From contig JBGAGQ010000046.1 of NCBI GenBank assembly GCA_044226625.1, positions 1 through 51,868 of the forward strand: 51,868 nucleotides of DNA. Direction: 5' to 3'. Under the pieces are notes generated by a model that worked only from the letters and a program-made list of their open reading frames with translations, was not told the origin of the DNA and did no database searches. Shown piece by piece: positions 1-10,682 of this stretch; position 1 is the first letter of the stretch, and each line of letters starts with the position of its first letter. The DNA comes from Thermoanaerobaculia bacterium (lineage in GTDB: Bacteria > Acidobacteriota > Thermoanaerobaculia > Multivoradales > UBA5704). The position numbers were made by a program, and so were the translations under genes.

Positions 1-390
1 ATAGATCGCGACCGTGAAGAACCAGCGCTTGCCGATCCGCTGGGCGAAAGATCGGAGGCGGGCGGAGATTCCCGAGAACAAGAGGAGCGAAGGGATCGCG
101 AACCCCCAGACGAGCTGAACCCACCACATGACGATCCCGCTCTCGTAATAGCGCATCGCCTTTTCGCTGGGGACCGGCACGGCGACCGGGCCCGAGTCGG
201 GCTCGGCCTGGGGAGTCTCCGGAGTCGCCAGGGTCGGCGAAGTCTCCGCGGTCGCCGGGGCTGCCGTGGTGGCCCCGGGGTCCGTCGAGGCCGCCGAAAG
301 AGGCGTCTGGGCGCCAGCCACGGAGGCGAGCGCGAGACAGGTGAGACCGATCGGAACGACGATCCAGGCGGCCAAAGTTCGGGCGTTCAC
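1..390 (-). CDS. M48 (Ste24-like) membrane metallopeptidase, N-terminal part (runs off window edge)
   Basis: Manual minus-strand translation from GTG at 390 with SD AGGGGGA upstream: signal-like N-terminus, Pro/Thr/Ala linker, then [63 protein letters not shown], resembling bacterial Ste24/M48 N-terminal TM helices. The catalytic HExxH would lie outside the window. Confidence 0.55.
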   Translation of the reverse strand, partial: MNARTLAAWIVVPIGLTCLALASVAGAQTPLSAASTDPGATTAAPATAETSPTLATPETPQAEPDSGPVAVPVPSEKAMRYYESGIVMWWVQLVWGFAIPSLLLFSGISARLRSFAQRIGKRWFFTVAIY

Positions 391-499
391 ACTTCCCCCT
401 TTCGCGGGCTTCGACCTCTGTACGCCGGAAGGCGTTCCGAGTTTACTCCGGGGTTCCGATGCCTTGGGGCCGCGGGGTTCCAAGATAAGATCCGCTGCT

Positions 500-2071
500 A
501 TGACCGACCGCCAGACGGACACCCGAGCCCAGCAAATCTCCGAGCTCCGCGAGCGGCTCGCCGCGGCCGAAGCCGGCGGCGGGGCCGATCGAATCGCTCG
601 CCAACACAAGGAAGGCAAGCTCACCGCGCGCGAGCGCGTCGAGCTCCTCCTGGATCCCGGCTCGTTCGTCGAGCTCGATGCCCTGGTCACCCACCGCTGC
701 CGCGATTTCGGTATGGAAAAGACGAAGATCCCCGGCGACGGAGTGGTCTCCGGCTACGGCACGGTCGAAGGGCGGCTGGTCTACGTCTTCGCTCAGGACT
801 TCACCGTGTTCGGCGGCTCGCTGTCGGAGACCAACGCGCAGAAGATCTGCAAGGTGATGGACCTCGCGGTAGAAAACGGCGCGCCGGTGATCGGCCTGAA
901 CGACTCCGGCGGCGCGCGCATCCAAGAAGGGGTCGCGTCGCTCGGCGGTTACGCCGACATCTTCCTGCGCAATACCCTCGCCTCCGGCGTGGTGCCCCAG
1001 ATCTCGGCGATTCTCGGTCCCTGCGCCGGGGGAGCGGTCTACTCCCCCGCGATCACCGACTTCATCTTCATGGTCGAAGGGACGAGCTACATGTTCGTCA
1101 CCGGCCCCGACGTGATCCGAACGGTCACCCACGAAGAGGTGACCAAGGAAGAGCTCGGCGGAGCGGCGACCCATAGCGCGAAGAGCGGCGTCTGCCACTT
1201 CGTCCGTGCCAACGACGCTGCCTGCATCGCCGGAATTCGCGAGCTTCTCGCGTATCTTCCGAGCAACAATCTGGACGATCCGCCGCCCGCCTCGTCCGAG
1301 GACGATCCTTTCCGCGTCTCCGAGGCGCTCGACTCCCTGGTCCCCGCCGATCCGAACAAGCCGTACGACATCAAGCAGTTGATCGGCCAGGTGGTCGACG
1401 ACGGAAAATTCCTCGAGGTCCACGCCGACTTCGCCAAGAACCTGGTCGTCGGCTTTGCCCGTTTCGCCAACCATTCGGTCGGCATCATCGCGAACCAACC
1501 GCAGTTCCTCGCCGGGGTGCTCGACATCGACGCCTCGCTCAAGGGGGCGCGGTTCGTGCGCTTTTGCGACGCGTTCAACATTCCGCTCGTCACCTTCGAG
1601 GACGTTCCCGGCTTCCTTCCGGGAACCCAGCAGGAGTTCGGCGGCATCATCAAACACGGGGCGAAGCTGCTCTACGCCTTCGCCGAAGCGACCGTGCCGA
1701 AGATCACGATCATCACGCGGAAGTCCTACGGCGGTGCCTACTGCGTGATGGCGAGCAAACACCTGCGCACCGACGTCAACCTCGCCTATCCGACGGCCGA
1801 GCTCGCCGTCATGGGTCCGGAAGGCGCGGTCAACGTTCTCTTCAAGCGCGAGCTCGACAAGGCGGGAGAGAACGCTCCTCAGGTACGCCAGGAGCGGGTG
1901 GCGGAGTATCGGGCCAAGTTCTCGAATCCGTATGTCGCGGCCGAGCGAGGCTTCCTCGACGCCGTGATCGAGCCGCGCGAGACGCGCGCGCACATCGTCA
2001 AGTCGCTGCGTCAGCTCGCGAGCAAGCGCCAGAGCGTTCCTGCCAAAAAGCACGGCAACCTGCCTCTCTGA
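500..2071 (+). CDS. pccB: Acyl-CoA (propionyl-CoA/methylmalonyl-CoA) carboxyltransferase beta subunit
   Basis: [60 protein letters not shown] and C-terminal KKHGNLPL. Start moved to ATG 500 (MTDRQ). Confidence 0.93.
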   Translation: MTDRQTDTRAQQISELRERLAAAEAGGGADRIARQHKEGKLTARERVELLLDPGSFVELDALVTHRCRDFGMEKTKIPGDGVVSGYGTVEGRLVYVFAQDFTVFGGSLSETNAQKICKVMDLAVENGAPVIGLNDSGGARIQEGVASLGGYADIFLRNTLASGVVPQISAILGPCAGGAVYSPAITDFIFMVEGTSYMFVTGPDVIRTVTHEEVTKEELGGAATHSAKSGVCHFVRANDAACIAGIRELLAYLPSNNLDDPPPASSEDDPFRVSEALDSLVPADPNKPYDIKQLIGQVVDDGKFLEVHADFAKNLVVGFARFANHSVGIIANQPQFLAGVLDIDASLKGARFVRFCDAFNIPLVTFEDVPGFLPGTQQEFGGIIKHGAKLLYAFAEATVPKITIITRKSYGGAYCVMASKHLRTDVNLAYPTAELAVMGPEGAVNVLFKRELDKAGENAPQVRQERVAEYRAKFSNPYVAAERGFLDAVIEPRETRAHIVKSLRQLASKRQSVPAKKHGNLPL

Positions 2072-2310
2072 GTGCCTAAACGCTTCGGTGGCGGCGAGGG
2101 TCTCGCGGGGATGGCGAGCCTCGGGAGCGGCCCGGTTTCAAGCAGGGACTCTGCGGCGCGAGTCTTTTCTTGACAGCCCGCGGGCGCCTGAGACAAGCTG
2201 CCGCGATTCTTCGGTCGCGGTTTTCGCCAGCATCGCCGCGAACGGCAGCCGGTTCATCATGCGGGCTGATCACGAGTGGTGCCCGCACTAGGGATGGCAG
2301 GAGGGTTTCG

Positions 2311-2594
2311 ATGAGAGAGAAGGATCGCGATCTTCGACGTCGGAGGCAACGGCGCAACAAGCGCGTGGCCAAACGCCTTCACGAAGAGGTGATGAAGAAG
2401 GCCGAACAGCAGCAAGCTTCGAAGCGCGCGGCGAAGAAGGCCGAGGCTGCCGCTCCGGCGGAAACCGCCGTCGCCGGCGAGGAACCGAAGAAGAAGCCGG
2501 CCGCCAAGAAGGCTCCCGCCGCCAAGAAGGCTCCCGCCAAGAAAGCCGCGAAGCCGGAGGACGGAGCGGAGCCCGATTCCGGAAGCGATTCCTG

Positions 2595-2595
<1 letters not shown>
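2311..2595 (+). CDS. Small basic Arg/Lys/Ala-rich protein with histone-H1-like PAAKKA repeats
   Basis: SD AGGAGG at 2299-2304, ATG 2311, [22 protein letters not shown]...[18 protein letters not shown]. Stop overlaps the glyA start (TGATG). Confidence 0.75.
2500..2535 (+). repeat. Perfect 18-bp tandem repeat GCCGCCAAGAAGGCTCCC x2 (coding AAKKAP)
   Basis: Read directly at 2500-2517 and 2518-2535, followed by a partial third copy. Confidence 0.9.
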
Positions 2596-3848
<1,253 letters not shown>

Positions 3849-3916
3849 GCGGCCAGGCCGGACAGTGCCGGGCGGATTCCGGTCCGCCCGCCCGTCCTTC
3901 CGCGGGTCTCCCCGCT

Positions 3917-5227
3917 TCAGCGCTCGAGGTTCCTCAGCCGTTCCCGCACCGCGCCGATCAGAAAGATCGAGCCGCAGACCACCAGCGTTCTTTCGCCTAA
4001 AGAGAGGGCCCGCTCGAGCGCGTGCTCGAAGCTCGGCTCGACTTCATAGACCGTTTCGGCCGGGAGCAGCGCGGCGAGCTCCGCCGGATCCTTCGCGCGC
4101 GGGCTCGGCGGCGCGGTGAGGACGATGCGCGCGGCGTGAGGGGCGAGATGATGGAGCATCTCCCCCGCGTCCTTGTCGCCCAGGATGCCGATCAGCAGAT
4201 CGACCGCCTCGCCGCTCTCCTCTCGCCGTTCGGCGAGAAACCGCCCGAGCATCTCGGCCCCTTCCGGATTGTGCGCCGCGTCGAGAACGACGCGCTTCGC
4301 GGGACGCTCCAAGCGAATCGATTCGAGGCGCCCCGGCCAGCGGCAGCTGGCGACACCCCTCTCGATCGCAACCCGGTCGATGCGATCGAATCCGCAGTCC
4401 CCGAGGGTCTCCGCGGCGGCAACCGCGAGGCCTAGGTTTCTCAGCTGGTGAGTGCCGGGGAGCGCGAGGTCGAGACGATAACGAGACCTTTCCGTTTCGA
4501 TCTCCACCGTCTGGCCGTCCCAGCCGCGCGGTCTCGCGACGACCGATCGAACGCGATCCTCGGCCGACTCCAGCACAGCTCCGATTCGCGCCGCTTCCGC
4601 GCGCGCCGATTCGAGCGCCTCGGGCGCCTCGATCCAGGCGAGCGCCGGACGGTTCGGACGGAGGATGCCGGCCTTCTCCTTCGCGATCGCGGCGAGCGTG
4701 TCGCCCAGCATCTCGCGGTGTTCCAGGCTGATCGAGGTGATGAGCGAGAGGATCGGCTCGGCGACGTTGGTCGCGTCGAGCCGGCCGCCGAGGCCGACTT
4801 CCAGGATCGCGAGCTCGGCGCGCTGCTCGGCAAACCAGAGGAACGCCGCCAGCGTCACGGCTTCGAAATAGGTCGGAAGATCGCCGCTCTCTTCCTCGGC
4901 CGCCCGAACCGCGCGAGAGAGCAGTCGGCCCAGATCGGCGCTCGGGATCACGATCCCGTTCAGCTGGAGGCGCTCCTCGACCCGTTCCAGGTGAGGGGAG
5001 GTGTAGAGCGCGGTCCGGTACCCCGCGGACTTTCCGATCGATGCGAGGAGCGCCGAGGTCGAGCCTTTACCGTTCGAGCCGGCGACCAGGACCGCCGGTA
5101 CGGCCCGCTCCGGGTTTCCGAGCCGGGCGAGCGCCGCCTTCACCCGGTCGAGCCCTAGGCGAATGCCCGAGCCTTCCAGCCGGGCGAGAAGCTCGTCGGC
5201 GTTTTCGGAGGATTCCGGTTCTCTCAC
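3917..5227 (-). CDS. folC: Bifunctional folylpolyglutamate synthase/dihydrofolate synthase
   Basis: VAGSNGKGST, YTSPHL, TYFE, EVGLGGRLDATN, WPGRLE, LDAAHNPEG, VCGSIFLIG. Start taken at GTG 5227; conserved accD-folC order. Confidence 0.95.
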   Translation of the reverse strand: MREPESSENADELLARLEGSGIRLGLDRVKAALARLGNPERAVPAVLVAGSNGKGSTSALLASIGKSAGYRTALYTSPHLERVEERLQLNGIVIPSADLGRLLSRAVRAAEEESGDLPTYFEAVTLAAFLWFAEQRAELAILEVGLGGRLDATNVAEPILSLITSISLEHREMLGDTLAAIAKEKAGILRPNRPALAWIEAPEALESARAEAARIGAVLESAEDRVRSVVARPRGWDGQTVEIETERSRYRLDLALPGTHQLRNLGLAVAAAETLGDCGFDRIDRVAIERGVASCRWPGRLESIRLERPAKRVVLDAAHNPEGAEMLGRFLAERREESGEAVDLLIGILGDKDAGEMLHHLAPHAARIVLTAPPSPRAKDPAELAALLPAETVYEVEPSFEHALERALSLGERTLVVCGSIFLIGAVRERLRNLER

Positions 5228-5250
5228 CGGTGGGTTCGCGGAAAGGCGCT

Positions 5251-6099
5251 TCAGTTGCGCGTGAGGTGCTCGAGGCAACGGGCGACCGTGCTCTTGAGCT
5301 CGGGGCGCGGGACCACCAGATCGAGAAAGCCGTGCTCCAACAGGAATTCGCTGGTCTGGAATCCTTCGGGAAGGCTCTGGCGGATCGTCTGCTCGATGAC
5401 GCGCGGACCGGCGAAGCCGATCAAGGCACCCGGCTCGGCGATGTTCAGATCGCCCAACATCGCGAACGACGCGGTCACGCCGCCGGTCGTCGGGTCGGTG
5501 AGGATCGAGAGATAAGGGATCCCTTCCTCCCGAAGCCGAGCGAGCGCGGCGCTGATCTTCGCCATCTGCATGAGGGAAAGAACCCCTTCCTGCATGCGCG
5601 CTCCGCCGGAGGCCGAGACCACCACGAGCGGGATCTTCTTGTCGAGCGCGCGCTCCGCCGCGCGGGCGATCTTCTCGCCCACGACCGAGCCCATCGACCC
5701 GCCCATGAAGCGGTATTCCATGGCCGCGAGTACGACGGGATGCCCCTCGATCCGACCTTGGACGACCAGGACGGCGTCCCGCTCTCCGACCGCCTGCTGG
5801 TAGCTCTTGAGGCGGTCCTTGTAGCGCTTGCTGTCCTTGAAGTGGAGAGGATCGGCGGGTGCCACGTCGGCGAAGAGCTCGCGACGATCCCGCTCGTCGA
5901 GAAACATCTTGACCCTCGCGCGGGCGTCGATCCGGAAGTGATGGCCGCACTTCGGGCAGACCTGGAGGCTGCCTAGATCGCGCGAGTAGATGATCTGCTT
6001 GCAACCGTCGCACTTGACCCAGAGACCTTCGGGTACGGTGCTCCGCGAGCGGTCCTCCCGGACCGGCATCGGCTTTTTCGTCTTACGAAACCAAGCCAT
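5251..6099 (-). CDS. accD: Acetyl-CoA carboxylase carboxyltransferase beta subunit
   Basis: PEGLWVKCDGC...VCPKC zinc ribbon, FMGGSMGSVVGEKI, SGGARMQEG, PTTGGVTASF, GFAGPRVIEQT. Confidence 0.97.
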   Translation of the reverse strand: MAWFRKTKKPMPVREDRSRSTVPEGLWVKCDGCKQIIYSRDLGSLQVCPKCGHHFRIDARARVKMFLDERDRRELFADVAPADPLHFKDSKRYKDRLKSYQQAVGERDAVLVVQGRIEGHPVVLAAMEYRFMGGSMGSVVGEKIARAAERALDKKIPLVVVSASGGARMQEGVLSLMQMAKISAALARLREEGIPYLSILTDPTTGGVTASFAMLGDLNIAEPGALIGFAGPRVIEQTIRQSLPEGFQTSEFLLEHGFLDLVVPRPELKSTVARCLEHLTRN

Positions 6100-6244
6100 G
6101 GGAATCGACCGGATCGTTTGGCGAGATCACCCGTGTCGCGCGACGCCCGCAAAGGGCGTCGGATCCGAAAAGCCGTCGCGACCGGACGTTTCCGGGGGCG
6201 CCGAGCGCCCGCCGGTCATGCGGTCAGCGGCTTCGGCGGGCGTT

Positions 6245-6478
6245 TCAGCCCTCGCCCGCTCCCGCCTCTTCCGCTTCGAGGTCGTTGGGAAGCCCGAGTC
6301 GCAGGCAGGCGGCGTCGTACATCTGCCGCGCGGCCTTCTTGCCGTTCTGCAGCTCCGCCAAGCGATCCTTCACCTTGGCGAGCTCTTCCTCGATCGAGCG
6401 ATCGAGGTCTTCCATCTCCTGACGCGTGGTGGCCAGGATGTTTTCGTAAAATTTCCGCTGCTGGTCATTCAGACTCAT
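6245..6478 (-). CDS. Small coiled-coil hypothetical protein (77 aa)
   Basis: SD GGGAGG upstream of ATG 6478. Heptad-like helix MEDLDRSIEEELAKVKDRLAELQ. Starts 23 bp downstream of the kinase gene stop. Confidence 0.75.
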   Translation of the reverse strand: MSLNDQQRKFYENILATTRQEMEDLDRSIEEELAKVKDRLAELQNGKKAARQMYDAACLRLGLPNDLEAEEAGAGEG

Positions 6479-6501
6479 CGAGTTCCTCCCACGGCCCGCG
6501 C

Positions 6502-9500
6502 CTAGAGCTTGAACGGAATGCGCAGGCGGGTCCACATCTTCACACGGACGCCACCCTTGGTCGCAGGCCGATACTGGGCGCCGCGCGCGGCTGCCAGCGC
6601 GGATTCGTTGATACCCACTTTTTGCTTGATCGGTTCGACCAACCGCGCCTCTTGGACTCTGCCGTTCTCGTCGACGAGAACCGACAGGACGACCACTCCC
6701 TGGACGCCAAGCTGCTTGGCCAAAGCAGGATATCCCGGTTTCGGAGCGCTGACAAGCTGAGGCACGTTCACCCCAGGGCCCGGATCGACGAGGTCACCTT
6801 CCCGTACCCGCGGAGCTTCTTCCTCGCGCGGCGTGGGCGCCGGAGGCTCGGGCCGACGCTCCTCCGTCCGCACCGGCTCGGGGGCGGGCTCCGGCCGTCG
6901 CTCCTCCACCTGCGGAGCGGGCTCCGGCGCGGCGGGAGCGGCGGGAGTGGGCGCCGGCGCGGGGGGCGGCGCGACAGCGCTCGGCGCTCCCTTGTCGGCC
7001 GAGGCTGCGGGAGCCATCTGCTCGCGCAGCTTCCGCTCTCGCTCCTCGAATTGCTTCTGCATCTCCTCCCGCTTCTTGGCCATCGCCTGATCGACCAAAC
7101 CCGTGAGGTCGGTCGTCTGGAGAGCGGGCACGCCGGGAGAGAGAGCGGCATCGGCCGGTCCGGGAGCGGGCGCGGGCGTCGCAGGAGCGGGAGAGGCCGA
7201 GGCGGCAGGAGGCGCTCCTGTTTTCGGTTTCGACCGTAGGAACCAGACGCCCGCTCCGATCGCCGCGAGGATCAAGGCCGCGATCGCGATCCAGAGCCCG
7301 ACGCGGCTCTTCTCCGCCGGGGGGATGAGAGGCGCGTCGGCGAGCGGCGGAACGGCATGGACGACCGGGCCGCCGGCCGGTTCCGGGGTCGAATCGAGAG
7401 ATGGCGTGAAGGCCGGTTCCTCGACGGGCGGGAAGGGCGCAACTTTCGGGAGGTCCCGCGGCTCCGGCGCGGGCGGAGCCGAAAACGCGGCCGCGGGCGC
7501 CGCCGGCGGAGCCGAAACGGGAGCCGCGACCTCGGGCGTCGAACGAATCTCGGGCGCGTAGGCGGCCGGAGGAGCCGCGGGCGGCGCCGGAATCGCTGGT
7601 GCCTCGGGAAGCTCCGTCGGGATCGGCGCCTCTTCGAGCCGCCGAACGTAGGCCGCGAGATCGGAATGCGAAGGGGTGGGCTTCTGCTCGTAGAGCACCG
7701 CCCCCAGGCGCTTCTCCATCTCGCCCGCCGAAGGGAAGCGGTCGCCGGGATCGTGGGCCAGCGCGTGACGAACGATCGCGTCGACCTCGGCGGAGATCGA
7801 CGGATCGAGCTCGCGCGGGCTCCGGACCCGCCCCTCGCGCACGGCTTCGAGGACCGAGATCTCGCTGTCGCCGGCGAAGAGCCGCTCTCCGGTGAGCATC
7901 TCGAACAGGAGCGTTCCGAGCGAGAAGATGTCGGAGCGTGCGTCGACCGGCCGCCCCCAAGCCTGCTCGGGAGACATGTACTGCAGCTTGCCCTTGAGCG
8001 CGCCGATCTGGGTCTGGCCCGCCTGGGTCACCGCCTTGGCGATCCCGAAATCGCACAGCTTGATGTCGCCGTCGCGGCTGATCAGCACGTTTTGAGGCGA
8101 GACGTCGCGATGTACCAGACCGAGAGCGCGCCCTTCGAAATCTCGTTTGCGGTGCGCGTGGTCGAGCGCCCCCGCAAGGTGATGGGCGATCAGGAGAGAA
8201 AGCCCCACGGGCAACGGCAACCGCTTTTGGCGAGCGAGGTTGCCGAGGGTGCGCAGGTCGCGCCCTTCGACGTACTCCATCGCTATGAAGTAGTCGTTGG
8301 CGATCTTGCCCAGATCGTAGATGTGGATGATGTTCGGGTGCGACAGTTGCGCCGCGAGCTTCGCCTCGTCGATGAACATGCTCACGAACTCGGAGTTGTG
8401 AGTCATGTGAGGCAGGATCTTTTTGATCGCGACCGTCTTCTGGAAGCCCTCGAGGCCGCGCATCCGCGCCTTCCAGACTTCGGCCATGCCGCCGACGGCG
8501 ATCCGCTCGAGCAGCGTGTACTGGCCGAACCGACGATCGTCGGCTTCCTCGGTGAAGACCGGGATCGGCTGGGTGGCGAGCGAACCGAGCGGGGCGACAC
8601 TCACCCCCGCGCTCGGCCGGGGGACCTCGACCGGGGGCGGCGGCTCGGGCGCTTTGCGCAGGAGGGGTTCCGCGGGTGAAGGTGCCGTGGCGATCGGTGG
8701 GGCCTGCGGCGTCTGCATCGGCGGTGGCGCCGGAGCGGGAGTCGAAGGCCTGGCGGGCGCTGCGGGGGTCGCCGATGCACCGGCGAGCGTGGTCGGGCGG
8801 ACCGGCCGGGCGAGCTGTTCGAGCGCCGCCAGGTCGAGGTCCGCCTTCGAGCGGACGCCCGTCCCTTCGGACGGCTTCGGCGGAGCCGCGGGACGCGGAG
8901 CCTGGGGCGGTGCCGAGGCGGCCACGACGGGCTCCGGGGTCGGGCTCGGAGGAATTGCCGCGGGAGGCGCCGGGGGAGCCGATGCGGCCGGGTTCGATGG
9001 CGTGGGGGCTACCACGGGAGGGGAAGGCGCCGCGGGTCGGGGTGGAGCGCTCGGTTTGCCCCCTCCCATCTGCAGGCTCGAAAGGGTCTTCGAGAGGAGA
9101 GCCTCGACGTCGGTCGCGGGAAGCTCGGCAGGTTTCTTCGCCGTCGGCGCCGCCGGCTTCGTCCGTGGAAGACTCGCCGTGCCGAGCACGCCGGAGAGCG
9201 TCTGCTCGAGCTTCCGCTCGATCGCCCCTTGGTCCGTTCCGACCGTCCCGAAGGAAACCGAGGGAGGAGCCGGGGCGGCCGGCGGGCGGCGCAGATCGTC
9301 CTCGACCTCGGCAAGCACGTCGCCGAAGATGTCTTTCGAGGTCAGGCGATGATCCTCCGATTCGACGACGCGCGGTCGTGGGGTTTCGCGTCGTGCCTGG
9401 AGCGACCGGCGGATGGCGAGCTGAAGGTCCTGATCGGAAAACGGTTTGACCAGGAACTCGTCGGCTTCGATCGCCGCGGCGTCGACGCCTTCGAGCGATT

Positions 9501-9738
9501 CGGGCATCAAGGCGACCACGCCGGGACCGCCGGAGCGGCGGGCGAAACTGACCGCCAGAGCCTCGACTCCCGGAGCTTCCGCGCTCGCGATGACCAGGTC
9601 GGGCGCCTCGGATGCGGCTGCCTGCAACGCTTCGGCGCGACCGCCGACGAAATGCAGCCGATACCCCTCGCCGGAGAGCGCGTTCTGAATGCGCTCGATA
9701 TAGCGTTGTTCTCGCTCGATGACGAGGATCAGGGCCAT
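6502..9738 (-). CDS. Multidomain protein: pseudo-receiver + Pro-rich linker + Hanks-type Ser/Thr kinase + TM + TonB C-terminal domain
   Basis: N-terminal REC-like fold (ILVIE..PDLVIAS..EFLVKPFS). Kinase motifs GGMAEV, VAIKKI, HRDVSPQNVLI, DFGIAK, YMSPEQ, DIFSLG. TM VGLWIAIAALILAAIGAGVWFL. TonB_C PGYPALAKQLGVQGVVVLSVLVDENGRV. SD AGGAG before ATG 9738. Confidence 0.9.
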   Translation of the reverse strand: MALILVIEREQRYIERIQNALSGEGYRLHFVGGRAEALQAAASEAPDLVIASAEAPGVEALAVSFARRSGGPGVVALMPESLEGVDAAAIEADEFLVKPFSDQDLQLAIRRSLQARRETPRPRVVESEDHRLTSKDIFGDVLAEVEDDLRRPPAAPAPPSVSFGTVGTDQGAIERKLEQTLSGVLGTASLPRTKPAAPTAKKPAELPATDVEALLSKTLSSLQMGGGKPSAPPRPAAPSPPVVAPTPSNPAASAPPAPPAAIPPSPTPEPVVAASAPPQAPRPAAPPKPSEGTGVRSKADLDLAALEQLARPVRPTTLAGASATPAAPARPSTPAPAPPPMQTPQAPPIATAPSPAEPLLRKAPEPPPPVEVPRPSAGVSVAPLGSLATQPIPVFTEEADDRRFGQYTLLERIAVGGMAEVWKARMRGLEGFQKTVAIKKILPHMTHNSEFVSMFIDEAKLAAQLSHPNIIHIYDLGKIANDYFIAMEYVEGRDLRTLGNLARQKRLPLPVGLSLLIAHHLAGALDHAHRKRDFEGRALGLVHRDVSPQNVLISRDGDIKLCDFGIAKAVTQAGQTQIGALKGKLQYMSPEQAWGRPVDARSDIFSLGTLLFEMLTGERLFAGDSEISVLEAVREGRVRSPRELDPSISAEVDAIVRHALAHDPGDRFPSAGEMEKRLGAVLYEQKPTPSHSDLAAYVRRLEEAPIPTELPEAPAIPAPPAAPPAAYAPEIRSTPEVAAPVSAPPAAPAAAFSAPPAPEPRDLPKVAPFPPVEEPAFTPSLDSTPEPAGGPVVHAVPPLADAPLIPPAEKSRVGLWIAIAALILAAIGAGVWFLRSKPKTGAPPAASASPAPATPAPAPGPADAALSPGVPALQTTDLTGLVDQAMAKKREEMQKQFEERERKLREQMAPAASADKGAPSAVAPPPAPAPTPAAPAAPEPAPQVEERRPEPAPEPVRTEERRPEPPAPTPREEEAPRVREGDLVDPGPGVNVPQLVSAPKPGYPALAKQLGVQGVVVLSVLVDENGRVQEARLVEPIKQKVGINESALAAARGAQYRPATKGGVRVKMWTRLRIPFKL

Positions 9739-9914
9739 GCTAGCTTCTCCTGAAAGCCGAATCGTAGCTCTTCTAGCACTGGCGCCGCCCATCCGTCAAT
9801 CGAAGGCACTGACGGACAAGGGCTTATCCCGAAAGCGGAAGCCGTTCCCAGCGTGTAGACTCGATCGTCACGAATCGACGTCTTACGAGACCCTCTCCCC
9901 AGGAAGGCGACGCG

Positions 9915-10652
9915 ATGTCCGGCCATAGCAAGTGGGCGACGATCAAGCACAAGAAGGCGGTGACCGACGCCCGCCGCGGCAAGATGTTCACCAAGCTCTT
10001 GAAGGAGATCACGGTCGCGGCCCGGATGGGTGGGGGCGATCCGAAGGGCAACCCGCGGCTTCGCGCCGCGATCCTCGAAGCGCGAGGAAACAGCGTTCCG
10101 AACGACACGATCGACCGGGCGGTCAAGAAGGGCTCCGGTGAGCTCGGCGGCGATTCGATCGAGGAATTGATCTACGAAGGGTACGGACCGGGAGGCTGCG
10201 CGATCCTGGTCGAGGCCGCGACGGACAACCGCAACCGGACGGCGGGCGAGGTCCGGCATCTGTTCACGAAGAACGGCGGCAACCTCGCCGAAGCGGGTGC
10301 CGTCGCCTGGATGTTCGACCGGCGCGGGTATTTTGCGATCGATCGGGAAACCTTGGGCGAAGACGCGGCGGTCGAGCTCGGGCTCGAGCTCGGCGTCGAC
10401 GACGTTTCGGCCGGTGCCGAAGCCTCGGAGATGTTCACTTCGGTCGAAGATTTTCTGCGGGTCCGAGAAGAGCTCGCCGAACGCAAGATTCCGACGCTCG
10501 CGGCCGAGCTCGCGATGATTCCCCAGAACACGATCGAGCTCGCGAGCGACAAGGTGCGCTCGGCGATGCGGCTGGTCGAAGCGCTCGAAGACCACGACGA
10601 CGTCCAGAAGGTGTGGTCGAACTTCGAGCTGCCGGACCTCCCCGATCAATAG
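9915..10652 (+). CDS. yebC: YebC/PmpR family protein
   Basis: MSGHSKWATIKHKK, GGDPKGNPRLR, YEGYGPGG, TDNRNRT, LEDHDDVQKVWSN. Confidence 0.96.
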   Translation: MSGHSKWATIKHKKAVTDARRGKMFTKLLKEITVAARMGGGDPKGNPRLRAAILEARGNSVPNDTIDRAVKKGSGELGGDSIEELIYEGYGPGGCAILVEAATDNRNRTAGEVRHLFTKNGGNLAEAGAVAWMFDRRGYFAIDRETLGEDAAVELGLELGVDDVSAGAEASEMFTSVEDFLRVREELAERKIPTLAAELAMIPQNTIELASDKVRSAMRLVEALEDHDDVQKVWSNFELPDLPDQ

Positions 10653-10682
10653 GGTGAAGGCGCCAGGCCTCGCCGCGCAGCT

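Noticed and set aside
266-499. Extended N-terminus of pccB
   Set aside because: It overlaps the divergent M48 gene; carboxyltransferase similarity begins after ATG 500.
2095-2200. ZTP (pfl) riboswitch upstream of glyA
   Set aside because: Partial look-alikes only (GATGGCG, GGGAGC, CGCCTGAG); the conserved GACUGGCG and GCCG..CGCCUGGGC elements are absent.
5228-6013. N-terminal extension of the folC ORF across accD
   Set aside because: Alternative-frame read-through of accD; FolC similarity begins only near GTG 5227.
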